Source of the DNA: Tubiluchus corallicola
Lineage: Eukaryota > Animalia > Priapulida
DNA: 64,000 nucleotides
Direction of reading: 5' to 3'
NCBI GenBank assembly: GCA_030141605.1
Contig: JAQGDQ010000001.1
Span: forward strand, 2,418,001 to 2,482,000
Part shown: one piece after another, positions 25,280-40,075 of the stretch
How positions within the stretch are numbered: position 1 is the first letter of the stretch
Layout: the number at the start of each line of letters is the position of its first letter
Notes under the pieces: generated by a model
Databases searched by the model: none
Seen by the model: the letters and a program-made list of their open reading frames with translations, nothing else
What the model was told of the DNA's origin: nothing
Position numbers and translations under genes: made by a program

Positions 25280-25442
25280 AAGGGGTACTAAAATCAGACT
25301 GGGTTTTCCTTTTCCTTATACCTTCTGGTACCGAGGTATGGGACAGGACTAAACATTCGGGAATGAGGTTGAGGGCTTAAAGAAAGTTCGGGATCGAGGT
25401 TCGGCTGTCAGGATCATAACACCGCGATCCTGAACATCCCCA
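25280..25442. mobile_element. Small hAT-like repeat with GTTCGGGATCGAGGTT subrepeats
   Basis: The same subrepeats occur at 60977-61120 and 63765-63887; the right end reads GAACA(T/A)CCC. Confidence 0.55.
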
Positions 25443-26169
25443 ATTATATTGGCAACACAGACTGAAATGTAGCAAAGTATCATGAGTATCTTGGCTATCA
25501 CAAACATAGGACCTGGTTGGCAGTAGCGGTTAAAGTTTCTCATCAGTTTTGCACTTTATGAGAAACTGTAAAAATTTGTCCATGTAAACAGAAAAATAGT
25601 TGTTTAAATTCTAGATATTGATAAGCGACCAATAGTATTCGACGATGGCACGAAATGTTCAATGCATTTGCAATGCATTAACCACCTCCACCTTGTTAAT
25701 GACAGGCTCGGAATATAACTGAAATTTTGTATTGAAGAATTTTTGAATTTTCTCTTCAGGAATGTAGAAGGAAAAACATAATTTTATTAACCATATTGTA
25801 GTAAAATTGTCCTAGGAAAGAAACAATATGAGTTTAGCTGTCGAAGAACCAAGGTTTGCTATTATTTGATCTGATGCTTCTTCTGTTACAGCTCACAGTC
25901 ACCTCAAAAATGTAAATTTCGAATAACTTTGCTTAGTTTTTTATTTGACCAGTGTTTTTGTGACATTTTCTTCAGTAGTGGTTACTCATTTTTTTTTGTT
26001 GTGGTGTCTGATTTTTAAGTTGACTAACTTATATACAGAAGGGATGATACTGTCTTTTCTGGAAAGCCCACTTCTGCTTAGCTAGAGTTATTATTTATAT
26101 TAGTGTCTTCAACTGCCTTGGATGTACATTTATTACTATTAATTTTATTTTTTAGAAATATTGGTTGAG

Positions 26170-29100
26170 ATGCTGCCAAAATCAGAGTCAGTAGGTGACT
26201 TGGGCCGCAGAGCTCGCCGCTCATTTGAACCATATTTGACGTAAGTTTTTAAATTTTGTAAACTTTTAATGGTTATACTTTATTGATTCCAGTAATTAAG
26301 TGCTATCAAGAGTGATCAAAATATATAGATTCATTCAGTCAACATTGCTCTCACATTACCACGTTAAAATTGGCATTGTTAGAACAAGCATTAATTAGTA
26401 AAAACGTGTGTTTAAATTTAAATAAGGTCTCCTATTATTGAATCAGAGTTTAAGTAGCTCCATGTATTTCATGCTGTCATGTTGTATCAGTGTTTAAGTA
26501 GCAGTACATTAAACTAGAGAGCTACATACTAGCAACGAAAGGTATGTAGGGAATATTTTAACTTCCCTATAAGTAATAGGCAACTGAGTAATAATAATAA
26601 GTAATAAGTATACTATAATTAGGAGTTGTAGTGCTTGTAAAATTTGTGGTTGTCATTTATTAGGCTCTCGACTAATAGAATCGATTACCTAATTGACTCA
26701 GAGATGTCTAGCATGGGATGCTCGTGTTCAAATGTATGTAAAAACCATTGGCAACTGAGTCAAGAGACTTTGCATAATTGGCTCAATATTTTTACTTCAC
26801 ATACTTAAAACAAAGCAATTATGTGTGATCATAAAACTTTTGCCACTTTAGATGATGTTTTACATTATAATGTGTTTGCTTTTGTACTTTATAATGTATA
26901 TAAAAACAAGCATGTTAGGTACTGTTTTGTTTGTAAGCAGATACATTGATCTTGTGCTAATGGGCTAGAATAGAATGGGTTTGCTTTGAATGCATTATCC
27001 TCTTGTCCCACTTAGGAAACTTTGCAATCAGTTTTACTGTCCTAGAAGTTAATGCTTAATCACTTGCCCAGTGTTTTCTTTTGAAGCTGCCTGGTGTGCA
27101 CAGCAATTTTTGTGATTTTACACTTGCAGGTCAGCACATTATGTGCATTTTTATAAATATGAGAACATTCTTGGTCAGCTTCTTCATAGAAAAGTGAACT
27201 TTATACTTTTTACTTTTATAAAAATGATGTTTTAAATAATTTCATTTAGGAGTTCACCCTTTGCAGTGCATACTAAGGTGACAACTCATGGTTTAGATCT
27301 GTGTTAGACTTGCTTGCGCTAGCTGTACATAAATAAAATGTCCGTGTTTTGAAATTTTATTGCAGCACTCGTCGAATTATGATTTTTATTTTGGTTTTAC
27401 TGGCATTCTTGCTATATCTGGGACCGAGCATTTTTCGCAGACTTTCCAGGCCATTCGTTTCAAGTCAAGGTACTTTTTTCATTTTAAGTGATTATCTAAT
27501 TTAATGAGTGTTTACAAATGTGCATTCTCATATCTATTTGATGTGATCTATATAATCATAGTAACAACAAATTTCTGTATATATAAATATAGCATGACAT
27601 GAGCTAACCTGATATTTTTAGCGCAATTTTTTTTTGCAAACTGAGTGTTTGCACTAACATTCATTCAGCTTCACTGCTGGTTGGCAGGATTGTTTGTAGA
27701 TCTCTATATAACTGTTCTAGAGGCATGCTTTTGATTTTTGAGGAGTCCTTTTTGTGAATTCTTTTTGTATGGAAATACTCAAAAGTAGAAAACCCTGAAA
27801 ATTAGGAACTGTGCACCAACAAATTGAATTCCCTGACGAATGTTGCCACAATCTGTACGATAAGCTGGCAGTATGGTAAGGCTTTAAAAAATGTTTAAAA
27901 GTACGGTACAGAATTATGATACAGTATTTTCATTGGTCAGTGTGAATACTTGTTTTGCTTTTGGGTGGAACTTACTGTTCTCCTCCAATTAACACAGAGC
28001 AAATAAAACCTGTGGCTCCGTTTGCATGTAACGCCACTGTTTTAACTGCTGTTTCTAGCTATTGTGTAGTAATTTCTTGCACATCTCAAGTTATGCAGAT
28101 TCCTTTGAAGCAAGAACATTTCAAAATGTATGTCGTTAATGAGGAACGCCTAGAACTTTGCCGATGTGTGCAAAACAGTAACTTTTCACCTTCAGAATAA
28201 ATAACAAGTAACTACTGTTTTTAGTGCCGTTTGTGCTTGAAATAATCATTGTCATCAAGCTGCTTTTGTGTATAACATATATAGCATAGCTTGTGTTGTA
28301 TAGCTTTTGTAACCTAAAATAAATAGTATGGAAGTTCAAACGGCAGTTCTGTTTTATACCGTGCATAAATTCGTAATAAGAATTGATAAATTTATCGTTC
28401 TACAATTGATTTTTATGCCACTTATACAAGCACTTGGTGCAGAATATTGTACAGAATTATGGTACAATATTTTACTGTACTAGTACGGTACGATTTAATT
28501 TTGCAGGTATGGTACAGAATTACGGTACAGTATTTTTTAAAGGTATGAAGTACGTTATTTTTTCGTACTGTACCATACTGCCAGCCTTGTTATGCAATGA
28601 GAAACAATGACTGGAATGTATAACAAGTTGTGAGTGCTGGTTACTGTACAACTTTTCTGTCTAGACAGTTATGTAGTCTAAAGCATACAAGAACATTATC
28701 TTATGCTTTAGTCTTTACAAAATTACATCAGCACCTACAGACTTTAGTGCTACATGTGATGTGCAGTCTATAATCTGTATGTACAATTGTCTTACAGCAG
28801 ATACAAGATTATTGATTTATGGAGCCAACCACCCATGTGTCTGTCAAGTTTCAAAATACGTATAATTGGTTTTTGTAGCTTCTTCTTGAGTATTTTTGTG
28901 GACTGCATACATTATTAAAAAAAATTTGTCAATGTTACCATTACCACATCTATCTTGACTCTCGCCGAGACTGAACTACCGAAGTGAGATCATTAAAAAG
29001 CTATAATCACGGCGAGATTTAAATTGGGACTATTCTCGTTGCAAACACTAGGGAATACTTCAGATCATTATTCATTAGATTAAAATTGCTGTGCCTAGTT

Positions 29101-32100
29101 TTCCATAATTATGTTTTTCCTACAATGTGGAGCTATTTAAATCAGATTTCCCTTATTGATTTGTCTAATTTAACTGGCTATACTGCTTTTTGGGGAATCA
29201 AATGATGTTTTTTTAAATAATCTAGTATTGCAGGTGCTATATAAAAACACTAGTGACCGTGCAATTCCTTGCAGCCTGCACTTGCCTTATTGTAGTGTTA
29301 TCAGTATCTTACTAGATACAAGTGTTTACCTACACATGATTACATTAATTATTATTATCTGATATACGTTTAACGTATCTGATTGTATAGTACTGTATTA
29401 TGTGTTTATAGGTTGATACCAAATACAGTTGAAAGATCATAGTACTATATAATTTTATTATGAATCAATTTAATAAAATTGCAGTTTGTAATTTGTTCTG
29501 TTTTGCTAAGTTAGGAGGCATATTAATTTTGTTTGTGTGTTTATTATTTTACTTGCACTTTTTGCAGATGACTTATCTTATTATCTAAACACCAGGATAA
29601 AAGAGTTTCAGGAGGAAATTGATGATTTTGATGCTGTTTTATTGCACAATCCTCCTCTTCCAAATGATCATAATTACCTGCCATACGTTGGTAAACTTTA
29701 TTGCATATTACGAACTTATGTATTTGAAAAATTTTCACTTGTTTACGTTAAGCAGATGTAAAAAGAAAATTGTTTCTACTTTTTGTATAGGCTTAATAAT
29801 TCTAATCGATTGCAACACAGCTGATGTATACACTTAGTGTGATATTCATTAGGATTTGACAAAATGTTGACAAAAGCATTAGTACCCTCAGTTGACTAGA
29901 AGGTGGTGCCTTTGTGCACTGACGTTCGAAATTCCTTAAGCAGCGAAAATTTCTTCTAAAATATTTTGAGTGAGAATGAGCTGTTGCGCAAGTATTTTGG
30001 CTAAAGCTCTTATAACATGATTTTTGAGATTTTGTACTGTAAAACATAATTGCGTGAAAATATCGATGTTTAAAAAACACAATTATAGTACTTACATGCC
30101 TTCACTCAGAAAAAGAAGCAATTTCCAAGTACTAAATAGTTTGATTTATTAATTATTACTCATTTTAAACATTTAGTGGACATACATATGAGTGAAATGT
30201 TACTTGTCATACTCAAGACACAAGTTCATTATTTCATTATTTTGTGTTGTATCATGCGAGTAGATACATACATTTTCTCTTGATACAGGTGAAAGCCACA
30301 TAGTACATTTGTGTCATTTATTTCATAAAAATAGGTAATGGTTACATAGCTACTTCTGTAACTGGAAACAGGAAACTGCACATCAAGGGAACTACCTCGC
30401 TTTCATTGCCAATAAACTTTTTTCCTGTTGTAGAATTTACACTTGATGGTAGTCAATCAAAAGGTAAATTGTATTTTAAAACTATTATGTAACTGCTTCA
30501 TTATGTCAACTTTTATTCATTTTGCACTAGTGAACGGTCACCGTTGTTCTAAGCATCATGGATGTGACAGCAAAATGATGACACTTGTTCAAAATAAATC
30601 AGTATTTTAATTTGTTTTGAAACGGTAAAGTGATGCTGTTGTGCTGCTGATACACGAAATTTTTTTCGTTATTATTGTATTGTTTATCTGCCAAGTTTAA
30701 AACCAGAACTGAGAGATTTGAAACCAAATTTGAGAGGCGAAAACTTATGATGTCTGACTTCTACTTTTCTTGTTGTGCATTTAGTGCAAATTTTATGTTA
30801 TCTTACTTGTAGAAATTGTTTTAATTCTTTAAATGTGTCTTTTTAGCAAAAATTGATTTATATGCATATAAAGCTAAGTAGCTGATTTGTTTTCCGTTTC
30901 AGAAATGTCAGTAATTCAGTACAAGAAAGGCTTAGTGCACCGGTTTCAAAGTTGGCAATTACAACAAGTGAGAACGTTTTTTTTTTCATAACATTGTCAC
31001 TCATGTATTTAGTCATGAATGTTATGTTTGTATAGTCTATTTGTTTTATCTTGCCACAAACCTAGAATAACGTTTTTGGACCTAGGTTGTATGTAAGCTT
31101 TTTTATTTTATTTTAATAAAATACTACACAAATTATACTGTTTATATTTTTTATGGAACAGTGTCCTGGCTTGTGTGTCAGTAAAGCTTTTTATTGTTCA
31201 TGCATTCATTTCAGGTTAATTATATTATCGGTGTGCCATGTCAAAGACTGGAATTTCCTGATTATTTTTAAGAAAGTTAAAAGCATTATTTGCAAGGAAA
31301 AGTTTGTTTCGCACAAATGAAAAATGTGAAAAAGTCACAAACTAAAAAAGCCTGTTAAATAATTATACAAATCCTGTAAATGCTTTGGTTAATTTTTTGA
31401 ATTTTTGTTTTGTCTACAATGTGAAGAATGAGAAAAGCTACTACTATCAAACAAAAGGTGGTCAGTGAAGAAATTAACCTTTTCAATACAATATACCTTT
31501 TCAATACATTTAGAGTGTCTTCTAGCAACCTTGTGCTCACATGCTTCTGATATTTTGTAGAGCTCACCTTTAGGCATCGACCATGTATTTTATGCACATC
31601 GGACTCGACCTAACATCTTGATACAGGAAGTAGTAATATATAACCCTTCAAGCAGCATAGTTACTTTGTATGCTAAAGAACATTCGGCCAATAATTGGTT
31701 CGGTGTTAGTAGCACTATAGAAGGGTATGTATTTTTCATTTAGCACTATTAATAGCTGTTTCAATTTGTGTAAATAAGTGATAAAAAAGTGGAGCATATA
31801 AAGAAATGCACATTTTAAAAATAAGTTTGTGTTTTTGAGAGAATTTAAGTAATGGTTTTGTTTTTTCAGAGACTACAAAATCTACACAGGAAAAATTAAA
31901 GAAGCAGCAACAGATGTAGTAGCAGTGATTGCCTCCACAGTAGTACCAGCATCTGTATCTATTGAGCATGAAGTGTTAGTAAGCTAGCATCATAACAACT
32001 GTTTTGAATATGCTAAGATAAATTGAATTTTGTTTTTCAAAACCAGTTTTTGCAGCGTTTACATCTGTTTTCAGAGTGTCTCGTTTACGCTACCTGCATG

Positions 32101-35100
32101 TCATTTATTATGAATCTGTACAAGCAGGAGACGCCTTTGTAAAAACTAAAGAGCTACAGAGGAAAGTGAGGGAAGACACTAAAAAGCTAGCAGAGAACAT
32201 GCGGGAGGAGCATGAGAAGGCTTGGTTGGCGGTAAGTTTTAAGATTGCCACTTTTCTCTCTCCTCCACCTCATTCTCTTTTGTGTGTGTGTGTGTGTGTC
32301 AGGGTGCATGCGTGTGTGGGTGTGTGCGTGCGTGCATGCATGCGTGTAAGGGTGTGCGTGCTTGTGTGAGCCTGTTTACGTCTCCTTTTTGCTTTAACAT
32401 TTCACTAATATATGAGAGCGTAGTAAGACAGGTAAGATAATCTAATCTTATTATTATACATATAATAAGACAGTTAAGATAATCTATATTCTTCACTTTT
32501 CATTAACTACTTAAATGACAAAAATATATCATTAGATGATAAAAAAATGTGACCTATGCAACTTTTGTCGTTGCTATAGGATTTAAATAATACATTTGAG
32601 TCAAGCTTTTTTTCCTATTTTTAACCAGGAATTTGACATAAAATTTGCCTTAATGTCGATACAAAGAAAAGAAACATAGAAATGCCGTGTCTCATTAATT
32701 TACATATGCATACTAATGCAAAACCAAATGTAGAACAGAATATATAATCAGTCAGCAGTTTCTGGTGATGAGTATTTTGATTAATCATTGATTTTTGTTT
32801 GTTTTCTTCTGTAATAGCTTTGGCAGTCTGGCTTTAGTATCAGCTATTCTAAGGCACCAGGAGCTTTAAATGGAGATAAAATCAATGCTACTATGTATTA
32901 TGTGTTATCCAATATCAGAGCTCCCATCAGTGAAGTTGTGTCTTCTGCTGAGGTGAAGAACTTTGCCTTAAAGCAGTTGGTCAATACAGATAATTGTTAT
33001 AGTGGACATCATACATTGTAAGTTTTACACAGATTGGTTGTCAAAGAATATAATGTCTGTTATCTAAGTTCGTATTATTTATTTTTTTATATTTATTATG
33101 TATTAATGATTATTTGTCTCATTAAGTCATTTTTTACATTTAAGAGCATCTGTATCTGTAATTGTTTAATTGCACAGGATCTTTCTTTAAAATTAGAATT
33201 GTATATTGTAAGCACTATATACTATACTGCCTATAGTAAGGTCAATTGTTGATGGTGTTTGGATTTGTTAAAATTTGAGTGCCTCTGACAAGCATAAAAC
33301 AAATTTGTTCATTTTCATTGGGATACTCTTATACACACTTAAATATGTTAGTATTTTGTTCCTCAGAAATTCATTGCCAAAAATGAAGTCAACAAAAACT
33401 AAGAGGCATACTTGCAATTTTAGCTTAGTGAACTAGCCGCAATTTTAATTCCCATCTTTTATTTTAGGCATACTTCCGATTTTAAACTGTGGGGTGGACT
33501 AGGTTCTGAGAATGATATTGCTGGTATGGCATCTCTTTGGTTTCTAACACTAGAGAAGCAAGAGTGTCACCAGATGCTGGCTGCAGGTACAAAAATTACT
33601 AATACTTAAATATCTTCTTGAATATTAGAAAGCTATTTTTTGGTTTGCCTGTTGCTGCTAGATTACTTTTGTTGAGGGAAGATCAACAAGTTTCTAATCT
33701 TGGTTAAGCTGTCTCTGCCAGTTTGACTTAAAGGGTTGTCTTTTATGATGAACTAGGTTTCAGTTCTGTCATTAATTACTAGACTCGAGTTGCTAAACTT
33801 CATAAAAATGATAACTGTCAAAAGAAAACAACACACTTTTCATTGTTATTCAAGAAAATTTATTGCAAATCATCTGCAATATATGTTTTTCAGGTCTTTT
33901 GAATTTTTATGTGGAAATCTCGCTTGAGTAAAAAAACCATAATCAATGATAAAAAGAACATCTTGCTCGATGTTTAATATTAATGAGTTTCGAGTTCTGA
34001 AATAACTCTTTATTGATCATATAATGTACATTTGAGTACAACAGATGGGATCTAATAATTAACAGTAAATATAACAGTTAAGTTTTTTTATAGAAGTCAC
34101 AAGCACTATAGAGAAATTTTATTACAGCAAATTAAATAAATTAAAGTTGCTAAGATAGTTAAGCTATTCACTTATAGTCAAAAAAGATATTACCGAGAGC
34201 ATGAGACTAGCAACATGTCTAACCTCTGTTTGATACTACGTAAGCCTCTTCTGCATAAAGTCACAAGAGATATTACGTAGCAGCGTGAGGTAACCTCTGA
34301 TTGATAATGAGTTCTTGTAGAACTCGAAACGTCTCATTGTTAAATTCCAGCATGTTCTTTTAATCATTAGCTTTTAATTTGATATAATTTCTTTAGGATG
34401 ACACTTTAGGACTGTAAGTTGTACAAGAGCCCCAAGGTATGCCTACCAAATATTTAGTCTGCATTGTATTTGCAGTTCTTTTAGAAATTTTTTAATATCG
34501 TAAGATTTCCATATTATTTTTTCCTATTTATCACGTCCTAGAAGTATGTAACATATTATTATTATGTAGGAGCTGATGGCGTTTTGCAAGCGATGATATT
34601 AAGCTTTGGTGGATTTCGCTACAGCAATCACGATTTGTGTTTCTTTACACATCCTAAAGACTTGCACAGAAACTATCATTTCAGGAGGATTTTGTATGGA
34701 AATGGGACACACATAAACATAACAGGTATTTTCGACATCATTATAGTAATTTTACGATTAGTTCTAGGTGGACAGTTGTCCACACTTTCAACAATGCAGT
34801 TACTTGAGTATTTGAATAATTCTGTTGCTTTTATTTCTGAACATGTGATAGTGCAAAATGCCTTTTCACTTATGTTTTCTGTATTCTTGTTTCTGCCTTA
34901 CACACATTTTTGAATTCTCAAGCTCTTGCTCACTCGGTATGGTGAAAAATAGTCTAAGACTCTAAATGTAGTTTAGGTTTCTCAATTTGACTAACTGTAT
35001 TTAGAGTTTCAATGGATGGAAATAAGTAATAATTCTCTGCTTGACAAAAGATTTGTAGGTAAGATCAACCTCATTGTGGTGGCTGAGTGTCCAACCTTAT

Positions 35101-36428
35101 TGTGGAGTTTGGGAACTAGTTCTACTCTATTGATAGAGTACTAGATGGGTTGTATGAAGCAAATATTAGTTGCAAAAAAGATGCGAGTCAGTACATATTT
35201 AATGCAAGCAAGCAATAAAGAAAAGCAACATTTAATGTAATTTCTAACATGCATTTTTTTATTTACAGTAATTGTTCGTGAGGAAGACAACAAAGCTGTG
35301 CTTTATGTAGCTTTGGATAGAAAAGACAAATCTTTTTGGGGGTGTGATGCAGGCTGTATTGATGCTCCAGTTGAACTAGGGTAGGTGATTTTCCATACGT
35401 TTTCTACTGCAATGTAGCTCTTTTTATAATATCACTCATTTATTAAAACTGCTTTTACAAATGCCACGCAGTTTTTAGCAAATTGTCATGGTGAAAGCCT
35501 ACAGTGGATTTGTTTCTACAATAAAACATTTGAATAATTTTGTCAAGTATCTTATTAGATGAGTAGAGTACATACAGTTATGAAATGTAGCGGTGGGACT
35601 GATTCATTGATTTAATGCATTACAACCAATTTGCGTTTGTATTTCCGATCGTTGATTATTTTTTCAGCTGCCGGTACAAATTGATTACATTTTCAACTTA
35701 TTTAATAAAATAGCCATAAAACTCATACAGCATAAATAGCCATCATTGTGCTGAAATCAAGTAATATGGCACTACTTTTGTGCAGTAACTTACCACGCTG
35801 GTTTTGCCAGTTAGATGCGAAGGGTTTTCTCATAAGTGTGTACGTGTACTTTTTAACTGGTTTTTGTGCGCTCCTGCTTTCTCATAAAATTAATTGTAGT
35901 CGATTATTGAATCAATTTTGTATATCAACTGAAGTTTTGTATATTTTATATTGTGAAACTGCACCCAATGTCCCACTACTATTGTATGTATTAGACTTGT
36001 TATTACTATAGTATGCGAGCATATGCAAAATGGCCATGTGCTAGTATTACCATAGGATTTGGCCCTAGTTTAGCAAATAAACCTGCGTTATAAGTAATAC
36101 GGTTTAATTTTTTTGCAGTGCACAGATGGTGCAGTTTCCAGTCAAGCTGACTGATCCTTTGACAGCTATATTGTATATTGCACCTGATAAGCAACACATA
36201 GAAGATTTGAAGCATGCTATTCACGTAAAAGAGATTGTCGAAGCTCCTGCACATGGACACCAGGTCATTGCTTTGCATAAGCATGGCCATCATCTTAGCG
36301 GACTCCCTGCTCTATTTTGGGCTTCCATAGCTTTTTTAATAATAATTTTTCACTTATTTTTATTTAAATTAATATACAATGAATACTGTGGCAGTCAGGA
36401 TAAATTCAGATCTAGGTATTACAGCTAA
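26170..36428 (+). CDS. KIAA2013: KIAA2013 homolog (DUF2152 uncharacterised membrane protein), 13 coding exons
   Basis: Exons 26170-26240, 27366-27469 (N-terminal TM), 29568-29690, 30335-30463 (LPYVGNG across the junction), 30903-30967, 31561-31724 ([13 protein letters not shown]), 31870-31974, 32075-32231, 32818-33017 ([26 protein letters not shown]), 33468-33586, 34570-34725 (HPKDLHRNY), 35269-35380 (CDAGC) and 36119-36428 ([14 protein letters not shown]). Phases are consistent throughout. Confidence 0.88.
27860..28588. mobile_element. hAT-like MITE
   Basis: Inverted termini GCTGGCAGTATGGTA and repeated GTACAGAATTA(T/C)GGTACA subterminal units. Confidence 0.75.
32281..32368. repeat. (TG)n/(TGCG)n microsatellite
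   Basis: Directly visible. Confidence 0.95.
33945..34368. mobile_element. Penelope-like element relic with inverted arms and a degenerate minimal hammerhead
   Basis: 33945-33998 is an imperfect inverted repeat of 34319-34368; a hammerhead-like core lies at 34298-34336. Confidence 0.5.
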
Positions 36429-36696
36429 CACTTGGGGACTGTCAATATGTAGTATAGGTGACATTGACTTTGTTGATTATTTTTGTATTGAAGCTATTAT
36501 CCTTTTTATGGCCTGCAATGGAAGTGTGCAGTGTTCATCAGGTCAAAAATAAAGACGGCCGTCAAGATTTCCTTGAAGAATAATGTTAAACACCATCTTG
36601 GGTAGGGCTGACAGTCTGCCAGATATTTTACTATTCGGATTTCTCTTGCGCCTCTTCACTTCCAAATACTCGCATATGTATAAAAATTAGTGTGTT

Positions 36697-36870
36697 TTAC
36701 GACACACAGTCTACTCTCCAGTTGCTTTTAATAACATCAGTTGACATCCGTTTTGTAAGTACTGGTTTAGTGACACCTAGTTTAGTGATGATTTATTTTG
36801 ATGGCAATAAACTTTTACTACCACTCTTACAGTTTTCACTTACTAATGAAAATTTCATTTTAAATTTCAA
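36697..36870. repeat. Dispersed repeat of about 150-170 bp, second copy at 40261-40405
   Basis: Shared ACAGTCTACTCT..GTAAGTACTGGTTTAGTGACA..ATGGCAATAAACTTT..TTTTCACTTACTAA..TTTCATTTTAAATTT. Confidence 0.8.
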
Positions 36871-38495
36871 ACTTGCTTTGTAGTATTACACGTACATATA
36901 TAAACTAGCTAGCAAGCGCCGAAAATGTACGTATCTTACAACTACATGCAGCTGCATAAGTTTGCCCTTCGTGGATAGCATTAATAGTTTTAAAAATTCC
37001 ATATGTGTTGTAAAACCCCTGCGTTGCTTTTCTTCCATAAACAACTGCATAAGTTGCTCATCAGATTTTGCGACATTAATTTAGACATGTTGTAATGTTT
37101 ATAAGAACAGTACTAGGGGCTGTCAGAAGAAAACGGATATGCTACATGGCTGCACGCTGAACGTACTTAGATAAACTCAAAATGTGTTCGTAACATGCAC
37201 TGGTAATAGTAACAATAATATTGTTTCACGTGCTTAGAACACCATCAAACAGTCTCTGAGCGTAGGCTGTTTAAACTTTTGTTTAGGCCAGCGAAAGTAA
37301 TGAAAGCATGATGTCAACTTCTGAGTTGGCAAGGATCTGGCACGTGATTAAACATCTTCGGCCAATTTCAGAGGTGTAGCTTCTTAGCCATGCCTAGTGT
37401 ATTGACCGGTTGCACCATCTTATGGGTGCAAACACTAAAAAACGATATTTTGTTATTTTAACATTCAGTAACGAATGAGAAGTGCTGCTTCAGCCCTCTA
37501 TTTTAGTAATGTAACATGAAATTGACTTTTCGCTCGGATTTGTTATAACCTAAGCAGTTGTTGTTGCATAGTTAGTCACATTTTCGGCAGCTGATGTGTA
37601 TAGCAAGTGTTGGACTCACTTTAGGTAAACTTACTTAGTCTCTCAAACCTTTTCAGGAGGAACTTGAATAAATGTTGTTTTAGATGTCAGAGAAACGTTT
37701 GGATTGGTTTAGTATTTCCTAAAAGGTGAACACTTCTCTTAGAACATTCCATCATAACTGACACAGCTTCTGGTGTGAATTAACAGAGACCTCTTAATTT
37801 ATGGCACTACTGAATTTTCTTGTATAACAGATGGTATAACTTAAGATTTTTACTGCCATGCGAGCAGTGTTACTATGTTTATGTACATATTAAACATTCC
37901 ATTCTGCAAATATTTACTGATCAGGTGCACTGCAACCCACCCACTAGTTTTTTTTTATATTATCTTTAGTTATGACAGTATTGGTAAAATACAAAAAACA
38001 TAATCATTTTTAATAATTAGGTGAATTAAGTAATTATTTGTCATTATCAAATGTAGATAACAGTAACGGTATGTATAATGTTTCTTGTTTTTTAATTCTG
38101 TGATATGTACAAAATCCTGGAACTAAACTCGGGCCAATGCAGTCTTTTAGTAGCATTTGTTAAAGTTCTAGCTGTTTAATTTTATTTGTAGAGGTGTAAT
38201 GTTTCTGTCTGTTGTTGTAGTGTTGTGTAATATTTTCTATTTGCTATTTACAAAATTTGCATTATCAGTGAAAATTTATACATTGTCCTACCATAGCGCT
38301 GTTTTGTTGGTAATTTTAATGGAATTTGCAAAGTACATTACTTGTGCAGATAGAGCAATGCTGCTGACATACATGGATATTTTTTTGTTTGGTATTCTTG
38401 TTTCATAGATATAAAGGTTTGCGCTTTCCATATTTGTTACAACTAGTCTTTATTTTATTAGCTTTTATCTAGATACTTATACATTGAGAAAAAAT

Positions 38496-38567
38496 AAAAA
38501 ATAAGGCTGACATCATCAACATAAGTTGTGCTATAAAAAATAAGGCTGACATCGTCAACATAAGTTG
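38496..38567. repeat. Tandem duplication, period about 40 bp
   Basis: AAAAATAAGGCTGACATC(A/G)TCAACATAAGTTG occurs twice. Confidence 0.9.
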
Positions 38568-38669
38568 CGAGCTTTGCAGAATGCAACTTAGCATCCATTT
38601 TTCTATAATTAGCTGCCCAATAAAGTGATGTTGGTGGTACATCTATTATGAATATAGTTCACCAGTTAC

Positions 38670-39374
38670 TAGGGCTGCTAGATTAGAAAATTAGAAATAT
38701 GGGACACTCTTACAATCTCTCTTTCTTTATATTACGATATATAAAATTATATAAATTTATACATGCCTACACTCCCAGACCAATATATTATGTAATTGTA
38801 GAGACATGAGTTAAAAACGTAAGGCTAAGGATTTTAATGGGTTGTGAGGAAAACAAAAGTAAAATCATTTGAAAATATTCATTCAATACCTGTGACAACA
38901 GAGAAATATTATTATAATTTAATACGAGCAATATAGATAATTAAAAGAAAGTCTGAGAAAGTGAAATCATTGGAGAATTCTTATTTAATAGAGGTAATAT
39001 AAAAATGTAAGGGAAAACAATTTTGAAAATTATTACCTAATATAAGCAATACAGAAAAGAAACTAAAAATTCATTTAGGCTGGAGAGCAAAGCTGTAACC
39101 ATAGAAAGTGAACAACTGGGCAGCAAATACATTAGTTTTGTGTAAATCTCTAGTAACAGTAGTTTCCCTGTTACATTTGGGTTATTTTCATCAAGAGAAT
39201 TTGAGAAAAAAGTATAATTACTTATAAGGATACAACTAAGAACCATAATAAAGTAGTAAAAATATTATTACGAAATAAAATTGACAAAATATCGGACATT
39301 TGGACGTCCCCGAAGGGTCAAGTATTATCAAATATGGCACATGTCCTGTATATAATGGACGTCTGGCAACCCTA
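38670..39374. mobile_element. hAT MITE
   Basis: TIR TAGGG(C/T)TGC(T/C)AGA and 8-bp TSD CCAGTTAC/CCTGTTAC. Confidence 0.8.
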
Positions 39375-40075
39375 CCTGTTACTAGTGTAGCCATTTTCGA
39401 ATGACGGATTGTAATAATCATAATTACAATTATACAGCTACTGTACAAATCATAACAAACAACAGTGAGTTGCTCATTCAGCATCGCCACTGTGTGCACC
39501 AGTTGCAAAATAATTTTTATCTATCTCTGAGCAGTGTGGATTTAGAAAACCCCATAAATTATGCAGGTTTTTATTGCTGTTTTGTTTGGCATCAACTCAT
39601 AACTTGAATAACCTGCAAACCATAGTACGCGTTTATAGTCTTGCGAAACTTGCAGGGGATGCTAGGAGTAAGAGCTTAGAAAATAGTATGATTAGAAGGC
39701 TGGGATTGTTCCAGGGTCAAGAAACAAACCGAAAATTAGACAAACTGTTAGGCACACAATTGAACCATACTGACCAGGCATAGTCAAGTACACTGGCTAA
39801 TTAAACATGATTATCATTAACCCCATATCAGGCCAAGCATAGTCAATTGATAAACATGTCATGCACACAAGTTTTGATCTCAGTTCATTCAGTATGCCAA
39901 GTGATAAACATAGTTATGGATAAGGTTTGGATCTGAATTCATTCAATCTTGTTAAGATAGGATTTTAAACTAAATGATTATAGTGTCTTGCTTCTGGCGT
40001 TGCACTTGTATGACTCATACACAAATCAACAAGAAATAAGTTTATCAACAATTTATTTTCTCTATAATACATAAA

